DNA of 64,000 bases from Bacteroidota bacterium (GTDB taxonomy: Bacteria; Bacteroidota; Bacteroidia; CAILMK01): NCBI GenBank assembly GCA_034440515.1, contig JAWXCF010000074.1:762-64761 (forward strand). The letters run 5' to 3'. The stretch's first letter is position 1, and each line of letters opens with the position of its first letter. A program made the translations under genes and the position numbers. Below the pieces are notes generated by a model that was not told the DNA's origin, searched no databases, and saw only the letters and a program-made list of their open reading frames with translations. Below are positions 35,678 to 45,782 of the stretch, piece by piece.

Positions 35678-36589
35678 ATGCCTACTTTTTTAATCGTCAT
35701 TGTCATTCTTTTTACACTATTTATCATCATAGCTGGTGCTAAAGTAATAAGACCTACCCATCGTGGACTAATAGAACGTTTTGGTAAATACAGAAAATTT
35801 GCCCATCCAGGACTCCACATCATTTTGCCATTTATAGATAAAATGGTACAAATAAATGTAACTGAGAAAATGGTAGATGCGCAAAAACAAGAAATCATCA
35901 CCATCGACAATTTAAATGCTCACGTAGATGCGCAAGTTTATTATAAAATTAGAGAAGATGAAATCAGTGTAAAGAACTCTCAATATAATGTTCAAAACAT
36001 AGAAAGCCAAATAGTAAACCTAAGTAGAACCACATTGAGAAATATAATTGGTACGCTGACACTGAAAAGTGCTAACAGCGAAAGAATGAGGATAAATAAA
36101 GATTTGGTTTCTGTACTAAAAGATGAAACCTCTAGATGGGGAATAGATATAGTACGTGCAGAACTGAAAGAAATAGACCCACCTAAAGATGTACAAGACA
36201 CTATGAATAAAATAGTGAAAGCTGAAAATGAAAAAGTTGCTGCAATAGATTTTGCAACTGCACTAGAAACTCAAGCTGATGGTCAACGTAGGGCAGAAAT
36301 TAAAAAAGCTGAAGGTGTAAAACAAGCAGCAATACTAGAAGCAGAAGGTAAGGCTGAGGCACTAAGGCTGGTAAATGAAGCAGCCGAAAAATACTTTGTA
36401 GGTAATGCGCAAATGCTTAGACAAATAGAAGCTGTAGAGAAAAGTTTGACTTACAATACCAAAATATTAATACCCAATAATGGCAGTTTCGTTAACATAA
36501 TTAACGATATGGTTGGCACTACAGATACAATTAAATCTGAAGTAGATACAGGAAAAGGATACAGACCAGATGGTAGTTATAAAGTATAA
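35678..36589 (+). CDS. SPFH/band 7 (stomatin/prohibitin-like) membrane protein
   Basis: N-terminal TM helix, PHB domain, Ala/Glu-rich coiled-coil. Confidence 0.85.
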   Translation: MPTFLIVIVILFTLFIIIAGAKVIRPTHRGLIERFGKYRKFAHPGLHIILPFIDKMVQINVTEKMVDAQKQEIITIDNLNAHVDAQVYYKIREDEISVKNSQYNVQNIESQIVNLSRTTLRNIIGTLTLKSANSERMRINKDLVSVLKDETSRWGIDIVRAELKEIDPPKDVQDTMNKIVKAENEKVAAIDFATALETQADGQRRAEIKKAEGVKQAAILEAEGKAEALRLVNEAAEKYFVGNAQMLRQIEAVEKSLTYNTKILIPNNGSFVNIINDMVGTTDTIKSEVDTGKGYRPDGSYKV

Positions 36590-36613
36590 GGCTAGCATTA
36601 GAAATTAAAAGTA

Positions 36614-36645
36614 AAAAGGCTTAGAGTTTTAATTCTAAGCCTTTT
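36614..36645. terminator. Bidirectional terminator between the SPFH gene and rny
   Basis: Perfect 12-bp stem AAAAGGCTTAGA / TCTAAGCCTTTT with an 8-nt loop. Confidence 0.8.
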
Positions 36646-36677
36646 CTATTTGCAGTACACTTATTATAATAAGTTAA

Positions 36678-38243
36678 TTACTTAGCATAAGCTATTGCTC
36701 TTTTCTCTCTAATTACAGTTATTTTTATTTGACCAGGATAGGTCATTTCAGTTTGTATTTTATTAGAGATGTCCATAGCCAAAGAATCTGCTGACTCATC
36801 TGTCACCCTATCACTTTCAACTATTACACGAAGCTCTCTACCTGCTTGTATTGCATACGATTTTTGAACACCATCGTAGCTCATTGCAATTGCCTCTAAA
36901 TCTTTTAGACGCTTAATGTATGATTCAAATACTTCGCGTCTTGCACCTGGTCTTGCACCACTAATTGCATCACATACTTGTATAATAGGTGATATTGCAT
37001 CAGTCATTTCCATTTCATCGTGGTGGGCACCTATCGCATTTATTATTGATGGATGCTCTTTATATTTCTCAGCTAATTTAGCACCTAATAATGCGTGTGG
37101 TAATTCTGGATCGTCCTCACTTACTTTACCTATATCGTGTAGTAATCCAGCTCTTTTAGCCATCTTAGCATTTAGCCCCATTTCTGAAGCCATAATGGCG
37201 CAGAAATTTGCTACTTCTCTACTGTGTTGTAGCAAGTTCTGACCATAACTACTTCTATATCTCATTTTCCCCACAAGTTTTACCAACTCAGGGTGCAGGT
37301 TATGAATTCCTAAGTCAATACAAGTACGCTCTCCTATTTCTATAATTTCTTCTTCTAACTGCTTTCTTGTTTTTTCTACAACTTCTTCAATTCTAGCAGG
37401 GTGTATTCTACCATCGCTTACCAGTCTGTGTAGGGCAAGCCTTGCTACCTCTCTTCTCACACTGTCAAATGCAGATAAAATGATAGCCTCTGGTGTATCA
37501 TCAACTATAATTTCTACTCCAGTTGCTGCCTCTAGTGCTCTGATGTTTCTACCCTCTCTTCCTATTATTCTACCTTTTACCTCGTCACTCTCTATGTTAA
37601 ATACAGATATGGCGTTGTCAATAGCTTGCTCTGTAGCAGATCGTTGTATGGTTTGCAAAATGATTTTCTTAGCCTCCCTGTTTGCAGTTAATTTGGCTTC
37701 GTCTAGTATTTCCTTTATTTGTACTTTACTGTGAGACCTAGCTTCCTCTTTCATACTTTCTACTAACTGCAATTTTGCCTCTTCACCACTTAATCCAGCT
37801 ATATTTTCAAGTTGTGTAACCTGCTGTTTGTGCATTTTATCAACTTCATCTTGCTTTATGGTAAGTCCCTCTCTAATAGAGGTAATTCTGTTACGCTCAT
37901 TGTCTAAGTCGCCTTCTTTCTTCTTATACTCGTTTAAGCTTTTATTTAAATCTTTTTCTTTCTGAATAATTCTATTTTCAGTGTTGACTATTTCAGCCTT
38001 ACGCTTATTGGCTTCTCTGTCTTGTTCCTCCTTCATAGTCCGGAACTTATTTTTCATTTCTAGTTGCTTCTTTTCATCTAACAACTTTAGGCGTTCTTGC
38101 ATTTCTGACTCTAGTGCGGTCTTTCTATCCTGTAGCAAAACATCGTTATTCTTGTTTTTAGTTGTAAATAAACTTTTTGCTATAAGGAATGCAACCAGCG
38201 CGCCGATTACCAAACCTATTCCAATACCAATTACTATCTCCAT
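36678..38243 (-). CDS. rny: Ribonuclease Y
   Basis: N-terminal TM helix, coiled-coil, KH domain [17 protein letters not shown] domain LLHDIGK. Confidence 0.95.
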   Translation of the reverse strand: MEIVIGIGIGLVIGALVAFLIAKSLFTTKNKNNDVLLQDRKTALESEMQERLKLLDEKKQLEMKNKFRTMKEEQDREANKRKAEIVNTENRIIQKEKDLNKSLNEYKKKEGDLDNERNRITSIREGLTIKQDEVDKMHKQQVTQLENIAGLSGEEAKLQLVESMKEEARSHSKVQIKEILDEAKLTANREAKKIILQTIQRSATEQAIDNAISVFNIESDEVKGRIIGREGRNIRALEAATGVEIIVDDTPEAIILSAFDSVRREVARLALHRLVSDGRIHPARIEEVVEKTRKQLEEEIIEIGERTCIDLGIHNLHPELVKLVGKMRYRSSYGQNLLQHSREVANFCAIMASEMGLNAKMAKRAGLLHDIGKVSEDDPELPHALLGAKLAEKYKEHPSIINAIGAHHDEMEMTDAISPIIQVCDAISGARPGARREVFESYIKRLKDLEAIAMSYDGVQKSYAIQAGRELRVIVESDRVTDESADSLAMDISNKIQTEMTYPGQIKITVIREKRAIAYAK

Positions 38244-38307
38244 ATATTATTATATTTAGACAAGTTATCAGTGGTAAAAAATTAACCGAAATGTTTGAAA
38301 ACTAAGA

Positions 38308-38595
38308 CTATAGATTGTTTTCGATTTGGTCACTTAGTACAGAAAGCTGAGTACCAATTTCTTGATTGTTTAGCTCTGTATCTTTCTCATTTTTCAACAA
38401 CTCTAATGCAAAATGTAAAGCAACTAGTGGCATTAGGCTATTGTTATTTGGTATCGAAAAATCTTCTCTATATTTATTTAACCGTTGATTAACAGATTTA
38501 ACTGCCAATTGAAGTAAATCTAATTCATCTTCATCTGCCTTAAGTGGAAATGAAATACCTCCAATATTAATCGTGACGGATACTTGCTTTTTCAT
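38308..38595 (-). CDS. zapA: Cell division protein ZapA
   Basis: 95 aa, ZapA-like N-terminal beta region followed by a helix, and the position between pheT and rny. Confidence 0.7.
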   Translation of the reverse strand: MKKQVSVTINIGGISFPLKADEDELDLLQLAVKSVNQRLNKYREDFSIPNNNSLMPLVALHFALELLKNEKDTELNNQEIGTQLSVLSDQIENNL

Positions 38596-38896
38596 TCATA
38601 GCGGTCTTTATTTCCAGTTCATCTAAGTATTCGTTCATCTCATCAATGTAGTTAGTCATTTGATGCTCAACAAACTTCAACCTCTCAGAATTACCATCTG
38701 ACAAAGACTTGCTTTTTGACAAATTTAATTCATTTTTTAATGGAATGTTAATTAAAGTTTTTTCGCTTATATTTTTCTCTAATTCCAATGTTTTTTCACG
38801 CAAAGACACATTTTCTAACCTTACAGTATGCAGTTGACTTATTAGACTATCTATGTTTTTCTTTAATCTAACTATTTGATATTCTAATATATTCAT
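38567..38896 (-). CDS. Hypothetical coiled-coil protein
   Basis: 109 aa with heptad-rich sequence. Overlaps the zapA start by 29 nt. Confidence 0.5.
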   Translation of the reverse strand: MNILEYQIVRLKKNIDSLISQLHTVRLENVSLREKTLELEKNISEKTLINIPLKNELNLSKSKSLSDGNSERLKFVEHQMTNYIDEMNEYLDELEIKTAMNEKASIRHD

Positions 38897-38903
38897 ATAA
38901 TGC

Positions 38904-41270
38904 CTATGCTCTAAGTGTAATTTGAAGCTTTTCTTGAAGTGTTTTAATCACTTTACTAATTCCTAAATCTACTACTTTATCACTTAAGGTTGCGTTTTTA
39001 TCCTCAAACTTTAACCTAATACCTACGCTTACTTTGTTGCTATCCATTTGTTTGCCCTTATATACGTCAAATACTGATAAATCTTGTAAATGAATGATAT
39101 TTAACCCTTTAATTATAGCTGATATTTCCTCATATTTTACTTGAGCTGGTACTGTTAGTGCCAAGTCCCGCTCTACAAATGGGTATTTAGAAAGTCTTTT
39201 AAATTCAAATTCATTCGCAGAGTCTAAGTTCAACACAGATAAATTTACACTTGCATACCATATATCATTTTGCAAATCTTTTTCACTTTTACTAGCAATA
39301 TTTCTGATTTGACCAATTACCTTTTTCTTATTTAAAATGTTAACTGAGTCTTCAACTTCAGCATAACTAATTCGTACAGTAGAGCTTAATCCCAATATGG
39401 CAAACTCTAATAGACCTGCTACACTATAAAAATCTAGTGTTTCTGTCTTTTTACTCCAATGGCTTGATTGCAGTGCTTGACCGTCTAGCCAAATAGACAA
39501 ATAAGTTACTTCTTTATAGTCAGCATTTTCCAATTTACTAAAATTGCCAATGTTAAATAAACCAAAATCAAATTGTTTCCGATTTTGATTATAAATAACT
39601 GACTTAAGCCCTGGTGAATATGGGTCAGTATAAAGTGCTGCAAGTTCCTCACTCATTGGGTTAAGCAATGGTATTTGTTCTGGATTCTTTGTATCTAATA
39701 TACCAAAACTAAGGTATTGAGATTCAAACAGCCCCAGACTACTAAGTCTTTGTTTTAGTTGATTTAGTTTCTCGTATCTAGCCGACGTTGCAGTGTGTTC
39801 AATTTGATATGCAATAGACGATGATGCAGAAACATTATCTAGTCCGTGAATTCGAAGTACTTCTTCTACGACGTCTATTGGTCTCGTAACATCTACTTTA
39901 AAGTGAGGTATTGTCAAGTACAACTTATTATCAAGTTCCTTTACCTGAATTTTAAGCCTTTGCAATATATCTATTATTTCTTCTTTTGCTAATTCTTTTC
40001 CAATTACCTGATTTATGTAATTAGTTGTTATTTGTATTAGTATTGCATCTGGCAATGGTATTGGAATTAAATCCATTAGCTTACTGTCTATTTTTGCTAG
40101 GCTTATAGCTAAAATGTTTTGAATGCTGAGCATTGCAGCTTGGGTAATTCCTATTGGATCTATTCCGCGTTCGTATCGCCAAGATGCATCGGTATTAAGT
40201 CCGTGATATTTTGCTGAATTTCTAATGGTGTTAGGATTAAAATAAGCAATCTCTAATAAGATTCTTTTTGTTTGAGGTGTAATTCTACTATTATATCCAC
40301 CCATAATGCCTGCAAGTGCCAATGGCTTAACCTCATCGGCAATTACCAAATCTTGTGCGGTTAACTTTCTGACTGCACCATCTAATGTTAATAACTCTTC
40401 ATTTTGATGTGCCTTTCTGACTATTATGCTACCCAAAACAGTATCTGCATCAAAAGCGTGCAGTGGTTGGCCAACATCAAAAAGTATAAAATTTGTCAAA
40501 TCGACTATATTATTTATTGACTTGACACCAATTACAGACAAAAAATTCTTTATCCAATCGGGTGATTCTGTAATGTTTACATTATTAAACAAAATACAAC
40601 AATACCTAGGGCAATCCTGAACAGCTTGAATTTCTACTTTATAATCTTTTGTTGATTCTGCTATATTTTCCAGTGCTAACTCTTTTAAGTCAATCCTTAA
40701 ATAGGCTGATAAATCTCTAGCAACACCGTAATGATTTGATGCATCTACCCTATTTGGTGTTAGTCCAATTTCTATGGTAGTATCCTCATATTTATGTATG
40801 AATTCAGATAATAATGCCCCAACCTGATATTCAACTGGTAACACCATTATTCCTTCGTGATTATCACTTAGACCGATTTCGTCTTCGGCGCAAATCATTC
40901 CTTCGCTTTCTTGTCCTCTTATTTTGGTCTTTTTTATTACAAAGCTGTCACCTGCTGTTGGTACTATTGTAGTACCTACTGTAGCTACGGGTACGTTTTG
41001 ACCTACTTCTATATTGTTTGCACCACACACTATGTTTAGTATTTTGCCGCTACCCACATCTACTTTAGTTAAGTTTAACTTATCAGCATCTGGATGTTTT
41101 GTAATTTCAAGTATCTTACCTATTATAATGCCTTGCACTGCAATAGGTAGCGTTGTAAATGGAGAGGTCCCCTCTACTTCTAATCCTATGGTAGTTAGTG
41201 CGTGACACATTACTTCTAATGAAATAAAAGTACCTAAATGTGTATTAATTCTGTTGTATGAAAACTTCAC
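38904..41270 (-). CDS. pheT: Phenylalanine--tRNA ligase beta subunit
   Basis: N-terminal tRNA-binding domain (HPDADKL), B3/4, B5 and FDX-ACB regions, 788 aa; GTG start. Confidence 0.95.
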   Translation of the reverse strand: MKFSYNRINTHLGTFISLEVMCHALTTIGLEVEGTSPFTTLPIAVQGIIIGKILEITKHPDADKLNLTKVDVGSGKILNIVCGANNIEVGQNVPVATVGTTIVPTAGDSFVIKKTKIRGQESEGMICAEDEIGLSDNHEGIMVLPVEYQVGALLSEFIHKYEDTTIEIGLTPNRVDASNHYGVARDLSAYLRIDLKELALENIAESTKDYKVEIQAVQDCPRYCCILFNNVNITESPDWIKNFLSVIGVKSINNIVDLTNFILFDVGQPLHAFDADTVLGSIIVRKAHQNEELLTLDGAVRKLTAQDLVIADEVKPLALAGIMGGYNSRITPQTKRILLEIAYFNPNTIRNSAKYHGLNTDASWRYERGIDPIGITQAAMLSIQNILAISLAKIDSKLMDLIPIPLPDAILIQITTNYINQVIGKELAKEEIIDILQRLKIQVKELDNKLYLTIPHFKVDVTRPIDVVEEVLRIHGLDNVSASSSIAYQIEHTATSARYEKLNQLKQRLSSLGLFESQYLSFGILDTKNPEQIPLLNPMSEELAALYTDPYSPGLKSVIYNQNRKQFDFGLFNIGNFSKLENADYKEVTYLSIWLDGQALQSSHWSKKTETLDFYSVAGLLEFAILGLSSTVRISYAEVEDSVNILNKKKVIGQIRNIASKSEKDLQNDIWYASVNLSVLNLDSANEFEFKRLSKYPFVERDLALTVPAQVKYEEISAIIKGLNIIHLQDLSVFDVYKGKQMDSNKVSVGIRLKFEDKNATLSDKVVDLGISKVIKTLQEKLQITLRA

Positions 41271-41341
41271 CTGCTGTTGTCTCTATCTGTATTTGCGATA
41301 AAGATGCAAAGTAACCCTAATGGGCTAAATAATTACAGACT

Positions 41342-41983
41342 TTAATTCATTTTACTACTCATTTCATACTTACGTTCTCCGACACTTACTTCAGTATTCA
41401 ATTTGTTTTCAATTGGAGGAATGGGGCAATATGAATTGTTGCTGTAAGCACACCAGGGGTTATAAGCATAGTTAAAGTCAATAATTACCTGATTTCCTTG
41501 TGTATATTCTACTTCTATATATCTGCCTCCGTGATAGCTTGTTTTATTGTTAGTAAGGTCAGTAAACATTAATTCTAAATATCTTTTCTGTTCCTCACTT
41601 TTAAATTCTTGTGGTTGAATTCCTGTCAATTGAAATTCCTGTCCATTAAGTTTAAACTTCAATTCAGCAACTTTTAGATACTGCTCTGAAGATCCATTAC
41701 TCATCATTAGTGTAAATGGTCTAGGTGGTGATATTCTATTTACTTGTGCTACCACCCTGTAGTTAGAGTCTGGTTTGTAATAACTAAGACCATAAAACTG
41801 TACTCTTTCACTGCGTTGAATGGGTGACGAAGGGTCTAATTTATAAAGAGAATCTTTTGTGTATCTGTATTTTAGTATCCGTCTGTGATATGGATCTGTA
41901 TCTTCCATTTGGCAGGCAATTGCCCCGACTAATGCCAAAAATAAAACTGTAAATACTATATATAATTTTTTCAATGAACTCAT
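41342..41983 (-). CDS. DUF1684 domain-containing lipoprotein
   Basis: I prefer the ATG at 41983 (MSSLKKLYIV...GAIAC lipobox), which removes the overlap with the upstream gene. Family recalled from memory. Confidence 0.65.
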   Translation of the reverse strand: MSSLKKLYIVFTVLFLALVGAIACQMEDTDPYHRRILKYRYTKDSLYKLDPSSPIQRSERVQFYGLSYYKPDSNYRVVAQVNRISPPRPFTLMMSNGSSEQYLKVAELKFKLNGQEFQLTGIQPQEFKSEEQKRYLELMFTDLTNNKTSYHGGRYIEVEYTQGNQVIIDFNYAYNPWCAYSNNSYCPIPPIENKLNTEVSVGERKYEMSSKMN

Positions 41984-41993
41984 TTTTTTGATT

Positions 41994-42869
41994 TTATAAA
42001 ACAGAATCTTCGTGCGCCTGCAATACAACCTTATCGTCTAAAGAATTAAAATTTAATATGCTCACTATTTTAATGCCTTGCTCTCTCCATTTTGAATCAA
42101 TAGATGTCGTGAAACTTAAAAGAAATGTTTGCCCTGGCACAAAATTATCAGCCAGCTTTATACCTGTAAATGCATCTACTGTCTTTCTAAGTACGTGCTT
42201 ATGGACATAGTTTGAATCAATATCTACATTAGTCTCTTGTAAATCTATCATACCGCTTTCTGTCATTAAGGCTGTAAAGTAAACTGGCTTGTTTATTACT
42301 TGAGTAAATTCTATTCTATATTGGAAGGTAGCAAATCTATTTGCGGCATCATAACCTTTATTTAATAAAATGATATTTGCTTTAGGCTTCTGAGTTTGAT
42401 CTTGATCTGTTAGATTACTCCAAGTAGTATAGCTGTTTAATATTTTATTATCTGGCGCTATAGCTAACCTATTCACACTGCCTAGTGGTAAGCTAGGCGG
42501 GGTGCCAATGATACTTAATATCTGAAAAGCATCCGGAGTTCTAAACTCATATTTACTTGCAGAGAAGGGTCTTGACAATGTATTGTCACAATGCAATGCT
42601 ACCACAGCAACTTTATTTAAATACTTCTTCTCAATTCTTTCCAATTCTTCTTGTGCAGTTGGACAATTTTTACATTTCACACCCGTACCTTCCTCTACAT
42701 AGGTAATCTTATCTTGAGCACTTGGTACTTGTGCACTTATCCAAGTACTGTCTATGTTAATTTTGTCTTTTTGTTGTAGGTCAATTAGTTCATTGGTTTC
42801 CTCACATCCAGTTAATACTGCTAATGCGAAAACCAAGAAAATCAGAATTTTAAATTGTTTTACTCTCAT
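41994..42869 (-). CDS. Thioredoxin-fold-like CxxC lipoprotein (Omp28-related family from memory)
   Basis: Lipobox LTGC; EEGTGVKCKNCP motif. Confidence 0.55.
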   Translation of the reverse strand: MRVKQFKILIFLVFALAVLTGCEETNELIDLQQKDKINIDSTWISAQVPSAQDKITYVEEGTGVKCKNCPTAQEELERIEKKYLNKVAVVALHCDNTLSRPFSASKYEFRTPDAFQILSIIGTPPSLPLGSVNRLAIAPDNKILNSYTTWSNLTDQDQTQKPKANIILLNKGYDAANRFATFQYRIEFTQVINKPVYFTALMTESGMIDLQETNVDIDSNYVHKHVLRKTVDAFTGIKLADNFVPGQTFLLSFTTSIDSKWREQGIKIVSILNFNSLDDKVVLQAHEDSVL

Positions 42870-42877
42870 TGCCTATA

Positions 42878-44536
42878 TTAAAAATTGGTAACTAAATTTA
42901 TTCTAAAACCACTGAAAGCTGGTTCAACCCTACAAACTCCTCCTGTACATACAATACCCTCTACTTGACGTGCATAGGTCAAACTTACTCTACTTTGATT
43001 AACGGAATAGGCAACAAAAAAGTTGTAATAGTGTATTACTTTATCCCCCTTAGTTGGATTAACGTTAATCATATCACTAACTGAGATACTGTATTTTGGA
43101 GCTAAGTTTAACTCTGCCAATACCCAAGCGAAGTTACCTAGGTCTTGCCTAGTTGCCAAATATTGACCTTCAAATCGCAAACTAGCATTAGAAAACCTCA
43201 GAAGTTTAAATTTCTTTAAACTATCAGGTGCATTTCTACTTTTCAATCTAACAGACCACTCTGTAAATGGTGTAAAAGCTTTTACATTAGGTACTTGTGG
43301 TTTACCTTGATAGGCATCTTGATTGTAGGTTAATTTCTGCACTCCAATAATACCTTTTAGATTCTTATTAAATTTTCTGCTATAATCAATATAGAATTCT
43401 CTATATAGCAACTTACCATCTAACCTGTTAACGTGGCTATAATTTACATCAAAAGTATTTCTCTTATTTATTGAATAAATCACTTCTGCCTGATAGGCTT
43501 CTTCGCCTTGATTCAATGCACCGATGCTGTATCGTGCAGGTAATCTGTAAGATGTTTGGCGACTAAGGGGGGGCAAGTAATTAATTACTCCAACTAAGAA
43601 ATTAGTATAGGGAGAAGTACGTAAAATAAACTTATCGACACGCCTATACCCTAAATTTATACCTAATCCATCACCTGAATAACTCAAACTTGTCGAAAAC
43701 AAATTGCCATCTTTATTTTGAAGTGTTGTTGAGCCATCAGTGTTTTCAATGAAATTTAATTCTTTTGTTTTATAGGCAAACTCTGTGTTTAAACTTAAAT
43801 TTCTATAGCTTAAAGTGTTGTACAGTGTACCAGCGTAAACGTTGTATTTGGGTATATTGTCTGCCCGAATATTAAACGGAAGGGCGTTAACGTATTCTGA
43901 CAGAATATTTATGTTTTGTTGGTCCAAGGTTCTATTAATATAAGCTATTCCAGTATTAAAACCCAAATTGCCAATACCCCATATCTTTTCTATATTGGCA
44001 CCCTTTATAACTTGTGGTGCTTGATCAAATCTTTGCTTTTGTAGCCCAGTAAATGCTTTAAATAGTAATGAATCGTTAGGTGAATAAACCAATTTAACAC
44101 CTTGTATGGCATAGTCTAGACCAATATTTCTATCTTCAAATGCTCTGAATATGCTCCCAGACCCGAACTGATCGTAAAAATGACCTGCTGTAATACTTAC
44201 TTTATTAAATGTTTTAGACACATTATAGAATGCAAGTCCTTGTCTAGTAAAGGCCTCTTGTGGTATTAAAAGCGGCGAATTGTTAAACAAATCAAACCTT
44301 GCATTCACTGTAAAACCTTGATACCGATAGTTCAAGAATGTCCAAGCTTCTGATGAGCTTTTTTGGTGAAAATACTGTGTTGTGTTAGTTCCAACTACTG
44401 AGTCTTCATTGTAAAATGCTGTATTAAGTGTGAAGTCTCCAGTTAAAATACCCTTTTCTTGTGCAACAGAAACATTTGTAGAAATAATTACAAAAATGAG
44501 GATACGAAATATCCAATGTGGGGTAATGTTTAGCAC
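42878..44536 (-). CDS. Outer-membrane beta-barrel protein (DUF6029-like)
   Basis: Signal peptide ending VAQE, alternating beta-strand pattern, terminal Phe (LVTNF). Confidence 0.6.
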   Translation of the reverse strand: MLNITPHWIFRILIFVIISTNVSVAQEKGILTGDFTLNTAFYNEDSVVGTNTTQYFHQKSSSEAWTFLNYRYQGFTVNARFDLFNNSPLLIPQEAFTRQGLAFYNVSKTFNKVSITAGHFYDQFGSGSIFRAFEDRNIGLDYAIQGVKLVYSPNDSLLFKAFTGLQKQRFDQAPQVIKGANIEKIWGIGNLGFNTGIAYINRTLDQQNINILSEYVNALPFNIRADNIPKYNVYAGTLYNTLSYRNLSLNTEFAYKTKELNFIENTDGSTTLQNKDGNLFSTSLSYSGDGLGINLGYRRVDKFILRTSPYTNFLVGVINYLPPLSRQTSYRLPARYSIGALNQGEEAYQAEVIYSINKRNTFDVNYSHVNRLDGKLLYREFYIDYSRKFNKNLKGIIGVQKLTYNQDAYQGKPQVPNVKAFTPFTEWSVRLKSRNAPDSLKKFKLLRFSNASLRFEGQYLATRQDLGNFAWVLAELNLAPKYSISVSDMINVNPTKGDKVIHYYNFFVAYSVNQSRVSLTYARQVEGIVCTGGVCRVEPAFSGFRINLVTNF

Positions 44537-44540
44537 TATA

Positions 44541-45782
44541 TTATTTCGCGAAAAGCAATTTTACATAAAAAAGTGGATTCTTCATCTTTGCCCTTAAATC
44601 CATATCAGTAAACATATTAGTAAATACATACTGCAACTCTTTGCTGCCGTGTATTTTACCTACTACTATGTTGAATAGTTTGGGCAGTTTTGTAAGTCTT
44701 TGTATTCTATAACTTAACATTAATTCTTTCTTGAATTTATGTTTTATCTCTTTGTCATACTTTAACAAATTTATAGCAGATGTATCTTTTTCATCTAAAG
44801 CTCTTTTAGCGTGACGTGCAGCAACCATTCCACTTACTATTGCATTGCCAATTCCCTCACCTGTAAATGGGTCAATTAGGTTAGCTGCATCACCAGTTAA
44901 TAGGAACTTATCACCAGACATAGGTTGAAGTTTAGACCCAAGTGGCAAACCACATCCCTCTATTCTACCTTCTAGTATTGCATTTTTAAATCTCCAAGCT
45001 ATTTGAGGATTGTTAGCTATTACCTCTTGTAAAGATTTGCGCATATTTACTTTACGCTTCTTTATATCGGCACTTAACATTCCCATACCCACATTAGCTG
45101 TTCCGTTTGTCAATGGGAATATCCAAAAATAACCAGGCAATAGTTCTGGTAAAAATATCAATTCTAAGAAATTCTGCTTGTGGAGACCTTCTACACCAGA
45201 GTAATATGCTCGAATTCCTCCACAGAAGTGATTGTCGTCGTGTTTATTATTAGATAGATATTTGCTTACGACGCTTTGGTTACCGTCTGCACCTATTATC
45301 AAGTCACAGGTTATGTTAATTGTTTCTGATTGATTGCTTAATTCACATCTTACAACATTTGTCGTATATTCAATCTTCTTTGCTGTAAACCCTTGTATTT
45401 TAGTTGATAATGCTGAGTTAGATAAGTCCCACAAAAAAGTATCAAAGTCTAATCGCTTAGACAAAAAACCTACAGGTAAATCGGCTTTAGGTGGTGGAAA
45501 TGGTATATCTACTCCCTTACCATTTGGGGCAACAAATTGAATTCCATAAGTATCTAAACTTTGGGTTCTATCTTCTGAAAACTTAAGGAGTGCGTCTTTA
45601 TGTAACTTTGCAATTACATCTAGCCCCTTACCACTTACAGCATCACCACATACCTTATCTCTTGGGAAGACACCCTTTTCTACAATAGCGTGGGCTATGC
45701 CAAAATTGGTCAAGTACATAGAGGTAGTAGCCCCAGCTGGCCCCCCACCAACTATTACTATTGGGTAATGTTTGTTATTCAT
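44541..45782 (-). CDS. Geranylgeranyl reductase family FAD-dependent oxidoreductase
   Basis: VIVGGGPAGA dinucleotide motif, CGDAVSG, LTGDAANLIDPFTGEGIGNA. Confidence 0.85.
   Translation of the reverse strand: MNNKHYPIVIVGGGPAGATTSMYLTNFGIAHAIVEKGVFPRDKVCGDAVSGKGLDVIAKLHKDALLKFSEDRTQSLDTYGIQFVAPNGKGVDIPFPPPKADLPVGFLSKRLDFDTFLWDLSNSALSTKIQGFTAKKIEYTTNVVRCELSNQSETINITCDLIIGADGNQSVVSKYLSNNKHDDNHFCGGIRAYYSGVEGLHKQNFLELIFLPELLPGYFWIFPLTNGTANVGMGMLSADIKKRKVNMRKSLQEVIANNPQIAWRFKNAILEGRIEGCGLPLGSKLQPMSGDKFLLTGDAANLIDPFTGEGIGNAIVSGMVAARHAKRALDEKDTSAINLLKYDKEIKHKFKKELMLSYRIQRLTKLPKLFNIVVGKIHGSKELQYVFTNMFTDMDLRAKMKNPLFYVKLLFAK

Noticed and set aside
38244-38307. The zapA-rny intergenic region, checked for a 6S RNA (ssrS follows zapA in some proteobacteria).
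   Set aside because: The gap is only 64 nt, far too short for a 6S RNA of about 180 nt.
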